From NCBI GenBank assembly GCA_013265495.1, contig MU057796.1, forward strand, positions 682,001 through 746,000: DNA of 64,000 nt, in the 5' to 3' direction. Positions 28,551-41,639 of this stretch are shown here, piece after piece. Under the pieces are notes generated by a model, which had not been told where the DNA came from, made no database searches, and saw nothing but the letters and a program-made list of their open reading frames with translations. Within the stretch, counting starts at the first letter, position 1. Each line of letters opens with the position of its first letter. Source of the stretch: Vicugna vicugna (Eukaryota). Position numbers and translations under genes: made by a program.

Positions 28551-31500
28551 TTTGCATTTTATCCACCACCTAGGCCTTGTCTCCTGGGTCAGTGGCGTTG
28601 TGGTTCAAAAGAAATGGAAGAAAAAGAGCGATGTGACCGATTTCGTTCGGTCCTCCTGCTTTGAGGCCTGGTTGACATTTGCAGAGAGAAAAATACAGCA
28701 AGAAATTCATGGGGGGTTTTTTTGGAGGGGGTGGAAGAGGAGGGTGAAAAGGAAAACAAGGTCTTAGATTGTATACAATTTTTTAAAACTTCCGCACTTT
28801 GACAGTGGTGGCGAAATACACTAATCCAAAAGTTATCTTTCCATCGAGAAGAGAGAAAAGGGGGGATTATTTTTCCTTTTGATTCCAACCTTTTCTTCCC
28901 GTGACAAAGCATAAATCATGGACACCAGAAAATAATGTGGACCTCAGGAATTCTGAAAAGACTGAGAAGCATACATTCCTCTTCAGGAGGGAAGGGTGGG
29001 GTGTTTTTAGCCCTCTGGAATCTAAAACGAAAACATGAGTTGCGTGTCATGGAAAGGAGACAAGGCCAAATCTGAATCAGTGGAGCTGCCCCAGGCAGCA
29101 CCCCCACATACCTACCATGAGAAACAGCACAGGGAGCTTTGTGCCCCACATGCCCTCAATAAGTCTTCCAGGACAACAATGACTTCATCCAGGATACGCT
29201 GCAAGAGTTTCTCCAGAGGTTGTCTCCAAACACCATGGTGACCCCCCACAAGAAGAGCATGCTGGGAAATGGGAACTACAATGTGAACGTCATTATGGCA
29301 GCACTTCAGACCAAAGGCTATGAAGCTGTTTGGTGGGGCAAGCGCAGGGATGTGGGTGCCGTTGCTCTCAGTAACGTTATGGGCTTCATCGTGAATCTGC
29401 CCTCCAGCCTGTGCTGGGGTCCACTGAAGCTGCCACTCAAAAGGCAGCACTGGATCTGTGTTCGAGAGGTGGGAGGGGCCTACTACACCTTGACCCCAAA
29501 CTGAAGATGCCAGAATGGATTGGAGGCGAAAACATCATTTGCGAGGAAAGAACTGCGAACTCCTACTGGTGGTACCAGAAAAGGTGGAGGCCCATTAGAG
29601 TTGGAGGGCTGACGTGTAAGGCAGTTCTGCCCAACCTTCCCTCCTCACCTCCACCCTCTAAATCCTCTGTGACGTGCTGTGGCCTATACAGTGGCTCTGC
29701 CCTTGCCACTTCCCCAAACATCTCATCGGGGTTTTCCCCTCAGATTTGGCAGTGCAATAGGACAGACGTGTGGACTGTTTGTTATAAGAACCAGCCAGCG
29801 ATCCTCATTTCTGGGAAAGGAAAGTAGGAGCTCTGCGTGCTCAGGGCAAGCTATGGAAGACCCTTGCCGTATTTAAGGGAGAAGAAAGAAAGGTGGGTCC
29901 TAGCTTATTTTCCCCATTTCTGTGAGGACTTGACAGAGGCTCTGCTGGAGTTTACTGCTGCTCTGACTCCTCTGGAGATGCTGCCTCCACTTCCCCTTTC
30001 CTGGCAACCAGTGGGTCTGTAGACACAGTACATGCAAAGCCCGTGTGGCTGGCCTGAAGGACCCAGAGCAAAAAGGCCTCTCAGGAAACCATCTCCAGAA
30101 CCACAGCAGAAGTACAGCATGCTGTCTCCAACCCTTCCTGCCACCCTCACCCCATTTTTAAGGGTGGTTTATGGCCATCCTTGGAATTTTATAATGAAAA
30201 GTTCTCTAATATTCCACTCCAGGTGGTTAAAGCCTGCAGTTTTGTAGTGTGACAGGAGGTATCTAAAAGGTTGTGGCCAAAGCCAGGCTGGGGCAGGCAC
30301 GGGCAGCCTGACTACCTCACTGGCTCCCTCCAGCATTGTCCCTGCCACTGCACCGCACTGGTTTAGGAGGCTCTGGGGGACAAGATAGGCAAAAGGGCAA
30401 TATTCCCAGTTGACCCACTCTGGCAAAATCAGGGAAAATATGACTGCCTTTGACGTCAAATTCCACTAGTTTGAGATCGCTGAGCAAGGAAAGTATCATG
30501 AAGATAAGTCTTCAGAGATTGGGAGCAGCTAGAGTTGGCAGAAGTCCTAGGTATGGAGTCACTAGTGACAAGAAGCAGAGCCCTCAAGTTGGGTGGATAT
30601 GTGCGTATGCTTAGGACTTGGGTTTGTCATCTCTGTAGTCTCCTTTACAGATCAACTGAGACTTGACCTGCTCCCGACCTCTTTAAATAGTTGTGGACCA
30701 CTTTTCTCCCCATAACTTTGGAAAACAAAAGAGATGGGGAAGTAAGTGTCATACCACACTGCCTGTCACCAAAGTGGTTGTGGTTGCCTCAAGCCAGGTG
30801 GGCAGGCAGGGATGGCCTGTCCAGCCTTGAAGATCAAAGGTCTTGTCAGGTCTGAAAGCTGCCCCACTGGCCAGACTTCTCTCCAGCAGCAGAGCCAGCC
30901 TGGGGCTTGCATGTCAAACCTGAGCAAGCTTAACGGGATTAGGCTGAGGCTCTCTCCCCACTGTGACTGGAGTGCATGTTTACACCAGCACTTTTCTGCA
31001 CATGTATCTTCAATCCAACAAGGCCATTTTTATGCTGAGTAACAGGCCACCAAGCGGCTACTGCATTACACCCTCTCAGCAACTGGCCGCAGTCTCTTCT
31101 GCACCATTTTCTACACTAGACCTGCTTGGCACCACAGGGAGCTCTTTCCCCCTGCACAATGACATTCCAACCGCCACCAGCCGGAAGTTACAGCCAACCT
31201 TGCTGATTGTCACAAGCAGGACCTTGGGTCCATTGGCATTGTCAGTGATGTAAGCCATTTCCTGGGAGGAGGAGGAAACTCCTCTCCACCAATCTGCTAG
31301 GGCCTGTGCAAATGGCACTTCAAAGAAGTCCCCAAGCACTTGGAGTCCATGAGCCAATGGGATATGCAAAGATGCTTAAACATTTCAGGGCTGGTTTCTC
31401 TGTTCACATCCAATTCTGGTGCTTAGGAACAGGGACCCACGCTGATGCCCAAGGGCAAAAAGCCCCACTTCCTTCGAGGAAGAGGGGCAGGCCTGACCCT

Positions 31501-31705
31501 GATGCCCAGTAAGGGGCAACCCTAGGCTTTTCTGTGTTTCTTGCTTTTATTCCCCTTTTTTCACTGGTCTTGTGTTGAGTTTTGTTTACAAGGAAGGATT
31601 GGGATGTGGGGTTGCCCACTGCCCACACTCTGCTCTAGATGTATTTTGTTTAACCAAATATTAAAAATGTAAAATTCTGTACATGAAAAAAATATGAAAT
31701 AAAAC
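28551..31705 (+). pseudogene. JOSD1: Processed pseudogene (retrocopy) of Josephin domain-containing deubiquitinase 1, with long 5' and 3' UTRs
   Basis: ATG at 29035: [105 protein letters not shown]; ...SWRADV* (TAA 29617-29619). Intronless. 1-nt deletions near 29163 and 29487, an approximately 22-nt deletion near 29528, and TAG at 29596-29598. ATTAAA at 31660-31665, then an A-rich tail at about 31686-31705. The 5' boundary is approximate. Confidence 0.95.
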
Positions 31706-31734
31706 AAACTCAGTATGTGCAGGTGTATTGTACA

Positions 31735-31830
31735 GGAATATTGTAAATATACTTAATGCCACCATACACTTACAAATGGTTAAAATGACAAATATTGCAT
31801 TCGGTATGTTTTACCACAATAACAAAAATA
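31735..31830 (+). mobile_element. L1M 3' terminal fragment
   Basis: 'aatatacttaatgccacc...tacacttacaaatggttaaaatgacaaat...ttttaccacaataacaaaaa'. Confidence 0.7.
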
Positions 31831-32365
31831 CGTTAAACAGGAAATAGTCCTGAATTCATCCAACAGTGATACCAGTGGTCACAATGGAAAGTAATTTTGA
31901 AAGATAAGGGTACAGGAAACTTCACCTTTAACCTGTAAGTGCCACCGTTTACCTGTAAACATCCGATTTTCTCATTTGTAGAATTTTCTTTACCATGAGA
32001 AAAGTACAAAAACAATTACAACTTAGTGAGCAACTCTTAATCTCCTCATCTTTCAAACCCCTCTCTTTATCTAGTAGTAGTAAAAATATCCCAACAGTAA
32101 AGAAGACTAAATCTCAGCAAAAATATTTCCCAACTTCCATCCTTTCTCATTCTCTTCCTTCCTTTCTTCCCATCCCCTTCACACCAGCTCACTTTACTGC
32201 GTCACAGTGTCTACAAAGGAATCTCTAATTAACTCATTATATAGTCATCTGAAAGTTGGAAAAATGCTTTTTGTACAATTTGGCCAGTGAGTTAGCTGGA
32301 GTTTTTGGGTTTGTTTTTTTTTAGTGTTCCTTAATAGGAACACTTCAAGATAAATCCAAAGACCT

Positions 32366-32542
32366 GGGGGTGGGGGAGGGTATAGCTGAGTGGTAGAAAG
32401 CAAGTCGAGCATGCACAAGGTCCTGGGTTCAATCCCCAGGATTATTTATTTAATGGGTTCAATGCCCGGGACCTCCATTAAATAAACAAACAAATAAGCT
32501 TAATTACCCTCCTCCACTAAAAAGTAATAATATAAAATAAAA
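32366..32542 (+). mobile_element. tRNA-Ala-derived SINE (camelid vic-1-like) with internal rearrangement
   Basis: A-box 'tagctgagtggtaga', B-box 'gggttcaatcccc', then an 'aataaa...taattaccc' tail; homologous to 47005-47153. Confidence 0.85.
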
Positions 32543-32654
32543 GGGACATAGATTTATTGGTCACTCAAGACCCCCTGCAATGTTGCCCTGACCCTGGAAC
32601 TATCATTTTTCCAATGGTTAAGACTCTTTCAATGATAAAAACTTGCCTTGTAAC

Positions 32655-32782
32655 ATTTCTCTTTCCCTTTTCTTCTTTCCTTCCTCCACTCCTCCATTTT
32701 CTCTTCTCTTTCTCCTTCCTCCTCCTCTGTCTTCTTCCCTGTCTTCTTCCCTCCCTCCTGCTACTCCTCCTCCTTCTTCTTG
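32655..32782. repeat. CT-rich low-complexity polypyrimidine tract
   Basis: Directly visible. Confidence 0.85.
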
Positions 32783-33688
32783 GTTTTGAGGCCACTTCTC
32801 CACTAGAGGTAACACACTTATTCCAGTGGGAGTAGCCAAGAGGCTGAAAGGCTGAGAAACACTTTTGACTACCTAGTAGGACAAGGAGGAGGGAGACCGA
32901 GTATGGAATTGTCACATGGGGGAGGAGGGGCTTTCTTTAGGCTGAAACCCAAAGCCCTTGAAGTGGGGTGAACTAGAAGCTAACGTCCTCCCAGGAAATA
33001 GAATCCAGCTTCCAAGCATCACAGTCTGTGAAATTGGGCTGGGGTGATCCAGGATTGCTAGGGCTCATAAGGGGCTGGCAAAAGCACACATAAAGCCCTC
33101 TCTGAAGGCTGATGAGGATAACATCACCCAAGAACTCAAGTTACTTCCATTAACATTTGTGCGATTGCAATATCTTGCATGAACTGAACAACTGCTAAGC
33201 ACCAAAAGAGGCATGAACACATGAAGGAAAATGGGCAGAACTGTCGCACAATATAATCAGACCCAAGGGAGCTCCAGATATTAATGTTAGAAAACACGCA
33301 TTTAAGTAATGAGTGAATCAATCAAACACATGGCAGTTCTGTTCATAAAAATCACCCTTTATAAACTGACTCAGGAAAAAGACCCTAAGAGAAATGAGAA
33401 GTGAGGCCAAAGTCCAGAGATGCTTTGCCTTCAAGTCCTGTTCCTTGGCACTAAAGATACCATCCTGACAGTGTCTTGGTGTGGGTCAGTCATGGGCGTA
33501 AAGGCTGCTAATAAGAATAGAGAAGGAAGGACTGGGATGTGGGGTTGCCCACTGCCCGCACTCTGCTCTAGGTGACGTGTCTAAGAGGGACCCCCATGTC
33601 TTGTGCTATTGTCTGGATACAATTCAGGATTATTGACCTCAGACTTCAAACCTTAAGAGATCTCCAGGACTTGAATAAGACAGGACAT

Positions 33689-34044
33689 TTTTTTTTAATT
33701 GAAATGTAGTTGATTCACAATGTTATGTTAGTTTCAGGTGTACAGTAAAGTGATTCAGTTATACACATATATACATACATTCTTTTTCAGATTCTTTTCC
33801 ATTATAGGTTATAACAAGATATTGAATATAGCTCCCTGTGTGCTACAATAGGTCCTTGTTTATCTATTTTATACATAGTAGTGTATGTCCATTAATCCTA
33901 AACTCTTAATTTATCCTTCCCCCTTCCTCTCCTCTTTGGTATCCATAGTTTGTTTTCTATGTCTGTGAGTCTGTTTCTGTTTTGTAAATAAGTTCATTTG
34001 TATCATTTTTTAGATTCCACATATAAGTGATATGATATGATATT
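33689..34044 (-). mobile_element. Truncated L1 3' UTR with TSD
   Basis: Poly-T, 'caggtgtacagtaaagtgattcagttatacata', 'tagattccacatataagtgata'. TSD taaga(c/t)aggacat at 33676-33688 and 34045-34057. Confidence 0.88.
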
Positions 34045-34459
34045 TAAGATAGGACATCCTTGACAATTTGGAGACATACAAGACTTACAAGACACTTTGG
34101 AGCTAGAACCATCCAGAAGATAGTAGCTGGGGCATCCCCCAACAATGGGACCCCACTGTAGCACCACCACGAGGTGACATGACAGCGTAAGAGCACAGCC
34201 TGCTTGACTCTGAACTTCCTGATACCTGGAAATAAGTCTTTCTTATGATGTATTTCCCAGTATTTGTCACAGGCCCAATATTGAGAGGAGACTCAATAAA
34301 TGTTTGTTGCATAAATACATAGTCACAAAGATGTTAAGAATGAGAAGAGGCACTCATTCACATATTTTATGTTAATCACACTGCACTGTATTGAGATTAA
34401 GTAACCTGCACAGTAATTCAAGTCAGTGAATAAAATGGTATTCAATTCAAATCAATCAT

Positions 34460-34720
34460 TAATAATAATTGCTAATACTTGCATAATAGTATGTAGTATA
34501 CAATAAGCACTATTCCAGGAATTTTATACATATTAACTTTTAAGGCCCATTATGATGCTATTTAGCAGGAATTTATGATCCTCATTTTACAAATAAGAAA
34601 ATTGAAGCACAGAAAGGCTAAGTAATTTTTCTGGGTTCACATGACTAGGAAAGGGATTGACCTAGGATTCAAACACAGGTGGCCAGTCCCCAGAGCCCAA
34701 GCTATTAACCACCACCTCTA
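34460..34720 (-). mobile_element. MIR SINE
   Basis: Core 'ctcattttacaaataagaaaattgaagcacagaaaggctaagtaatt...ggattcaaacacagg'. Confidence 0.8.
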
Positions 34721-35999
34721 ATTACATGGAAAAATGTTAAGAATTTGATCCTAGATCTCCTCTTTCTAGATGAGTTCCGTTATACTATGCTGCCCCCTTT
34801 CTAAAATGCAATCAGATCAATTGACTCAGAACTCGTTCCCTTTGCAAAGGCTCCTCTTAAATATTAACTTGTATTCATAACTATTTAGTTAAAAGATTAA
34901 ACATTGTATTTGCTTTTTAAAAACCTATAGAAATAGTGATGTGCTGAATCAAAAATACATTCTTACCTAGTTGAGATTGCTTTTAGGTGAGAACTAGTCA
35001 GTTCCATCCTATCCAACTGTGACAAAACCAACCAAACTGACAATCCCTTCTTACTGTATGAGGTTTTATTTAACATGTGGTTAACTTCCAAAGGGCTTCA
35101 AACTTTTCCAACTTTAAATAGAATGCTTTTTGTAATTATGGGACATACTGTTTGCGATGACATACAAATTTGAGTCTACCAGTTTTGCAAATGGCCTAGT
35201 GCCTTTAAACCACTGGTTTCAGTCCAAAGTCCACTGCCTAAATTGAGTGCTTTTCCTGTTTGAGGACCATTGGCATATTTGTCAGAATACTATACTGTGT
35301 TTTCTCTTCTATGCTTACGTAACTTTAAAGACATTTATTTGCTATGTCAGCATGCTAACTTCAGAGAAGTATCACATATATGCTTTATACCTGTGATTTG
35401 TTGAAATCAGCATGTATAAAATGCTCTGTTCTCAAAGTTAGACATCAATATTCTTTTTAGCCAGGTATGTGGAAATTGTTACAGACTTAAGTCCAATACA
35501 GAGCACAAAAAGAATTGTCACAGAACTAAAGCATTGCTCACATTTAAACTGAAGGAGGTAGACTAAGATAGTACAGTATTTGAAAGAATTTTTATGTTGC
35601 ATGCAATACACAGTGAACCCAGTTGGAGAAATCTCTGCATTATTAAGACCAAGGCAGGAGGAAAGCATTTTAGTGTTTTGAGAAGTGTATTCCCTTATGG
35701 GATAAAATATCCCATTAGTGCAAATGTGGCCCTGAACTCTATATGAAGGCAGACTTGAGGTCAAAAGCAATGCAATCTCCTGTACTCAATTCACCCAATT
35801 CCGGCTGATATTGTACAATGGGAGGTTTTCATGGGCTCATCATTTCTTGTCACCCAGTGCAGTCCCTGAAGCTCAGGATTATTTTAATTGCACTTAAATA
35901 AAAACAGATACAAAGCAAGCACTGTATAGTGGGCATTTGTTGATTTTATGGCTTTCTTTAAACAGTGTGGCTATTCCACAGAGCAAGTATCTTCATTAT

Positions 36000-36450
36000 A
36001 ATAAGCAGGATTACCACAACTTTTGTCTTCCATTCACCCTCCAAATCCACTCTCCATCCTTCTCCAAAGATGCCATGAGAGGTCAGCCTGTAAGTACCAC
36101 AGCACTGTGGTTTCTTGCTTCCTGGCTGGCTGTTGGAGATCAAAACAACAGAGGAGAGTGCAGCTGGGTTGCCTCAGGATGGCCATGTCCCTAAAGAAAA
36201 GGTCACAGTTTTCCTCAAAGCACATAATTTTCTCCTTCCAACTTCCAATACTCCTATCTCCACTCTTCCCTTTGGTCCTAGGGGTGGCCACACCCCTGCT
36301 ATATTAGCCCCAAAGTACTGCACTATCTCTTAGAATTTCTCTACATGCTGACCACCCCCTTTCTACAATCCCTTTACAACGCATCCTCCTCTGCCCCATG
36401 AATTATCCCAATTTGAATGTATCATCAGGTTTTCATTGGGGCCCTATTTT
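36000..36450. mobile_element. Degraded ERVL-type LTR (LTR41-like)
   Basis: 'atccactctccatccttctcca', 'tagccccaaagtactgcactatc', 'aattatcccaatttgaatgtatcatc' resemble remembered ERVL LTR motifs. Confidence 0.4.
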
Positions 36451-36669
36451 ATAAAATTAACAACATAAGAAAAAATATTTCATGTACTACTATAGCATTT
36501 AGAAGTTGTGTTTAAATTCTTCTGTAATTCAGAAATGTATAACCTCCCTTTTGCTTATAAAATAGTTTTAAACATTTTTAACTAAGACAAAGATCTTACT
36601 AAATCCTTCCTTTATCCTTCACTGGACAGTATACATGACTTTATATAAACCTCTGACTTAAAGGACTAT

Positions 36670-36810
36670 CCTTCATTCTTTATTGAACATCTATTACATA
36701 CCAGGCACTCTGCTAATCTGTAGAGACACAAAAATTGGTAAGAAGCAGTCCCTGACTCTAAGGAGCTCAGATGTGTAAACAAATAATTACAACACAGTGT
36801 GGCAAATATG
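36670..36810 (-). mobile_element. L2 3' end
   Basis: 'ttattgaacatctattacataccaggcactctgcta...gtccctgactctaaggagctcag'. Confidence 0.7.
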
Positions 36811-37942
36811 ATGATGAGTAAGAGAGCCTAACAAAAACTCAGCATAGGAATACAAGTAACGTTTTCTGCAGGAAGAGGGATTTTTTTTTTTTAATATGAA
36901 AGAAATTGAACTACTTTATGGCCTGGAAGAAAGGAGCAACATTCTTGGAGAAGATGTTAGAGTATTAAATTAAGAGTAAGAAAACAATTAAGAAGTCCTA
37001 AGTTAATTACACATCTTTTTTTTTTAAGAAATACTTAAGCAAAAGATACCTTTTGTTTACTTGGATGATGCAGAGTATTTTAAATTATTAAAATCAGTTC
37101 AAGTGTTGCAATCCAGAAGGACTGTATCTCAGCCTGAGGATTTATTATCACTCAGCCATCTGCAACCAATAGTCCCTACAGAATTGTTCCCAAGTTTATT
37201 CTCCAAAGTTAAATCTATGATAGAAAAAAAAAAAAACTGGCACCCTTTCGGTAGGTGAACATCTGGATTCATTTTGAACAGGTAAGAACCAGATACCTGA
37301 TACCTTAAAATTTTAATAACCATAAGAAATAAAGCAGAAATATATTACTCTATTGGAATACAGTAAGAAAGTTAATTAAATATATCGGAAGAAGGCTGAA
37401 AGTGGATGGAATACCAAAAGTTCTACAAAATTGCCAAATACAATTTGGAAGATTCATTTGTAAAACAGCAGGGTGTCAGAAAAAAAAATTGTTCAATTTA
37501 GAATTCATTGTCCCCAATTTTGTTTAAGTTGAAAGATTAGTAATTTTAAAGTTTTTGTGAAAATATATTTCAAATTTGAACATCTGTAAGAGACAGTATG
37601 CATAAGACATGCTTGGTGAGGGATGGAGTGGAGCTTATTCTCAGAGAAAACTATAATTATAGGAAAATCTTCGATTATAGCCTCCCTCCAACCAAGGATC
37701 TAGGAGTGTAAGAGTTGTCAGAAGCATCAGGCTGAATCTACTTCCAGCTTTATTTCTTTTCCACAGGCTCTTTGTGCTTCCTTCCAGTCCACTGAAGGGA
37801 GCAGTACAGATGGACATGTAGTTCCTAATCTTGAAATCTCCAATCTTTCTCAGTTGTCACCTGGAAACAGGATGAAGGAAATGTCTCTGTCCAGGCCACA
37901 AGAGTGGAAGCAAAGCAGGTCTCTAGGCTCCTCCCTCCCCAG

Positions 37943-38275
37943 TGCACTAGAGACTGAATGTTGCCCCACAAAAGTCATAAGTTGAAACCTAATCCCCAGT
38001 GTGATGGCATTTGGAGGTGGGGCCTGTGGGAGGTGATTAGGTCATAAAGGTGGAACCCACAAAGAGATACCAGAGAGCCCCCTCACCTCGTTCACCATTT
38101 GAGGATCCAGTGAGAAGATCCTGTCGCTGATGAAGAAGAGGGACCCCACCAGACACAGAATCTGCAGGATCCCTGATCTCAGGCTCACAGCCTCCAAAGC
38201 AAAGAAATAAATGTCTGTTGTTTATAAGACATCCAGTTGATGGTATCTTATTATAGCAGCTTCAACTTGTACAGA
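37943..38275 (+). mobile_element. MaLR solo LTR (MLT1A-like)
   Basis: 'gactgaatgttgccccacaaaagtcataagttgaaacctaatccccagtgtgatggcatttggaggtggggcc', 'aaataaatgtctgttgtttataag'. Confidence 0.85.
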
Positions 38276-40184
38276 CTGTTATGACCCCCATGAGGTCATC
38301 CACACAAGAGGACTGAGGGTTAAAATGTAGGGTGGGGATGGGAGTAGATCAACAGTGAGCAGTACCTTTTTTAATTGTAGCTAATAGGTGAATTGTATCA
38401 TATTGTTACTACAAATTGTATTTCTTTATTACTAATGAGATTAAAATTATTTCACCTTTGTGTCATTTGTGTGTGTGTGCGAGTGTGTGTGCATGTGAAT
38501 CAGTTGTCTTAGACTAGTACACTTTTAAATTGGCTACAACAGTATAATTTCATCTTTCCACATACTCATGTGATCCCACACTGAGTAGAATGGAACTTAT
38601 AAGGTTGCCCAACATAACTTTCAACCATTTGAAGGACACTTTAAAAACTGTAAAGTATTTACATTTTGATAGAGAAAAATTATAAATGTTTGCTCTATCT
38701 TTTCTAGGTTAGTGAGTCAAAAGGTAAAAACAAATCATAGAAAACTACCCTAGGTTTGGTTTAAGGTAACCGGTCCTGTAGGTAATTAGTACACACAGTT
38801 TGTCTATTCAAACAGGAAAGTACCTATCCAACACTTTTCCTGTCCTTTTCAAAGGCAAAGTATAGGGATAAACTCATTGTTCTAAACAATGAATAGTATG
38901 GATACCATCTTTGTATAACTTACATCTTGATTCCACAAAATGCATCTTTTAAAATAATGCATTCTTTTCCTTGTAAGGGATCCATAATCACTCTGCAAGA
39001 GAATTTTCTTAACGACATAATGTCTCTTAATAACTCGAAGAGTTATTTTAAGACACTTAAAGATCTTTCAAATGTTTCCTCCAATTTTTATTTTTAAATC
39101 CTTAAGTTTCTAATTAGCACAAAGTTCTCTCTTACAACTATTTTCTTTTTTAGAATGAGTAAAAAAAATCACTGTCAACACATTAGTGCAAGACTGATGT
39201 AGGTTAATTTCAAAACCATTTTTGGGCTCAAAGATAGTAATCCTTTATATTATAATAATTTAACCCCGCATTACATTTTGACTGTTTCAGTTGTTGAACA
39301 GCCACTCTGAGTTGACACTGTGTTCTATGGTTATGAATATGAATCAGAAAAAAATCTTTGCAATCTAAGTACTTATGTTTGGGGTTGTGAGATGCCATGA
39401 TATACAAGTTGAGAGGTGGGAGATCAGAGAAGGATTCATTAAAAGATTGTTTCTGAATTAGATCTCAAGCAAGCAAGTCAAATTAGGCAAACGATAACCT
39501 TTTGTTCCAGAAAAAGGAAAAAGCCTGCATGAATGCGGGTGGGAAAGAAAGGGCCAAAAGTATACTGGTAAAGTAGTCCATTTCCATTGGCAAGGGAGCT
39601 CGTACTGGGAGGCAAGGCAAAAACAGTACCATAAACTATGTGTGTACAAGACCCAAGTTATAAATTATGACGGAAATACCACATTTCATTTCCGGGATAT
39701 TAATTCTCAAGTCTGGGATATAAGATTTCAATAATATACTATAGGTTGGTGGAGTTTTTTCTGCCTGGAGAAAAAGACTGCTATTTATATCAAGAGTTAC
39801 AGCTCTCTCTGCTGGTTGAAAGTAGAACTATTCTCGGCTGATTGCAGAAATAAGTGTAATACTGAGAACAAAGACTGGACGTTTCATTAACTATCTAGTA
39901 ACACTGGCAATATCTCATAGTATCTTCTTTTAAGCTGAACAGATGCTTTCCTTTTTGTTCTATATACCACAATTCAGAAACTTGTTAGTGAGAGAAAAGA
40001 CTCAAAAAGTTGGGGATTCATTTATAGCCATTAATTAGAAAATGTTAAATTGTTTAAATGAAGCTCATCAAAGGTCTCTCTTACCACCTTGTCTTTACTG
40101 CCTAATCCTACTGAAAGTCAGAGCAAACACTAAATCTGTTATTAAATAGGTTTTCTAACTACTAGAAGAGAGTTATGCACAAAT

Positions 40185-40325
40185 GACTCACTCTGTGAGC
40201 TTTTAAAAATACTGTTTTTACCCCAGATCTACTAAAACACCAGTGCCAGAAACAGGGCTTGCCAACCTGCACTTTTAACACGTGCCCCCAAGGGATTCTT
40301 CTCAGACCAGTTGGGGAAACACTTC
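40185..40325. mobile_element. MER5-like DNA transposon remnant
   Basis: 'ttttaaaaatactg...ccccagatctact...ctgcacttttaacacgtgcccccaagggattct'. Confidence 0.5.
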
Positions 40326-41639
40326 TCTGATGCAAATCTTCTTTAATAAACTAAAACTCTTCAGCTACTAACTTGTTGCGGAACAGCTGACTCCTGATTA
40401 TCCTCAATTAATTAGCACCACCTGCTTAACAAAAGCGAATGGCTCCCTATTGTCTATTAGATCAACTCTAAAACCTCTCTCTGGCAGGAATTCAGGCTCT
40501 CCACCAGCTGGTCTTGTCTCATTTGCTCACATCCTTATCCAAAGCCCCAGTGCCAGCTGGGCTTCTCTTTCATTGATTCCCCACTCTGCCACGCATCTCC
40601 CCGCAGAACAATTACCCCTGCAGGAAAATGTAACTTCTCCACTTTTCTTGATGTCTACCTCAGTCTCAACATCTCCTGTACTAATTTTTATGGCCTATCA
40701 TGGTCTTAACTCTCTGAATCCTAAATGTTCTTCATGTTTTAGAATTGCTCCTAAATGCTGTAGAGTATTTACTGGTTTCGTAACAATTTACGGGCCAGTG
40801 CATGTGTGCGCACCCCCTAGCAGGCCAACAATTTGGCAGCCTTCTAGTTCATATCAATTCAATATTAGTTCAGCCATTTCATAAAGGAGCGGCTGACGTG
40901 GTACAGGGAAGAACACAAGAGGACCACAGAGCTCAGCCACTGTCCTACTTGTCCCAAAACTTCCCTACCCCACTCCCCAAAACACAAACCTCGCTTATGG
41001 CATGTCCTCTACAGATTTCACCACTGTCCTCATCAACAAAAAGCTACTAAAAATACTTATTCCAACCACAAATAATGCATATTCTTAAAAAAAAAAAAAC
41101 CTTTGTAATATGATCTTCCCGGTCCTAATTTTCTTCTGATGCTGAGCACACCCTAAAGATGTGGAAGTATAGTATTGGAGGCCAGCCTACCTCAGCGCTA
41201 TGTGTATTAGAAGGAGGTCTTGGCTACCTATGTGAAATGTCCAGATATTTTATTTTAACTTTATGTGTCCACCACGGGACCTGCCATGCTTCAGTGTACT
41301 CTAAATCTCTATAATAAATACTAGAAGGGTTTACCACAATCATGAGCGACCATCATCTGTTGCCTACTATCTCTAGTTCCATGAGATTAAAGAGACTATA
41401 AATTCAGCATTTTGATAATATTATGTTAATGTTTTCAGGCCGCTAGAGTACTATACATATATATACATGGCTTCAAGAAAAGCATGCCTTACTTAACATG
41501 AAGTCACTTCACCAAGTCCAAACCTTAATGCTTTCATTCCTAGCCATACAACTGACTAGTTACCTGGAAAATACCAATACTAAAGCATTACAAATGCTAT
41601 ATAAAAATTAGCAAATATTCTTTTGGATACATCAAAGAC

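Noticed and set aside
32372..32445. Possible tRNA-Ala genes here and at about 47010-47080
   Set aside because: Degenerate stems, SINE-specific tails and a TSD at the second copy indicate SINEs.
32557..32915. Leu-rich and Arg-rich ORFs on both strands
   Set aside because: Products of a CT-rich low-complexity tract.
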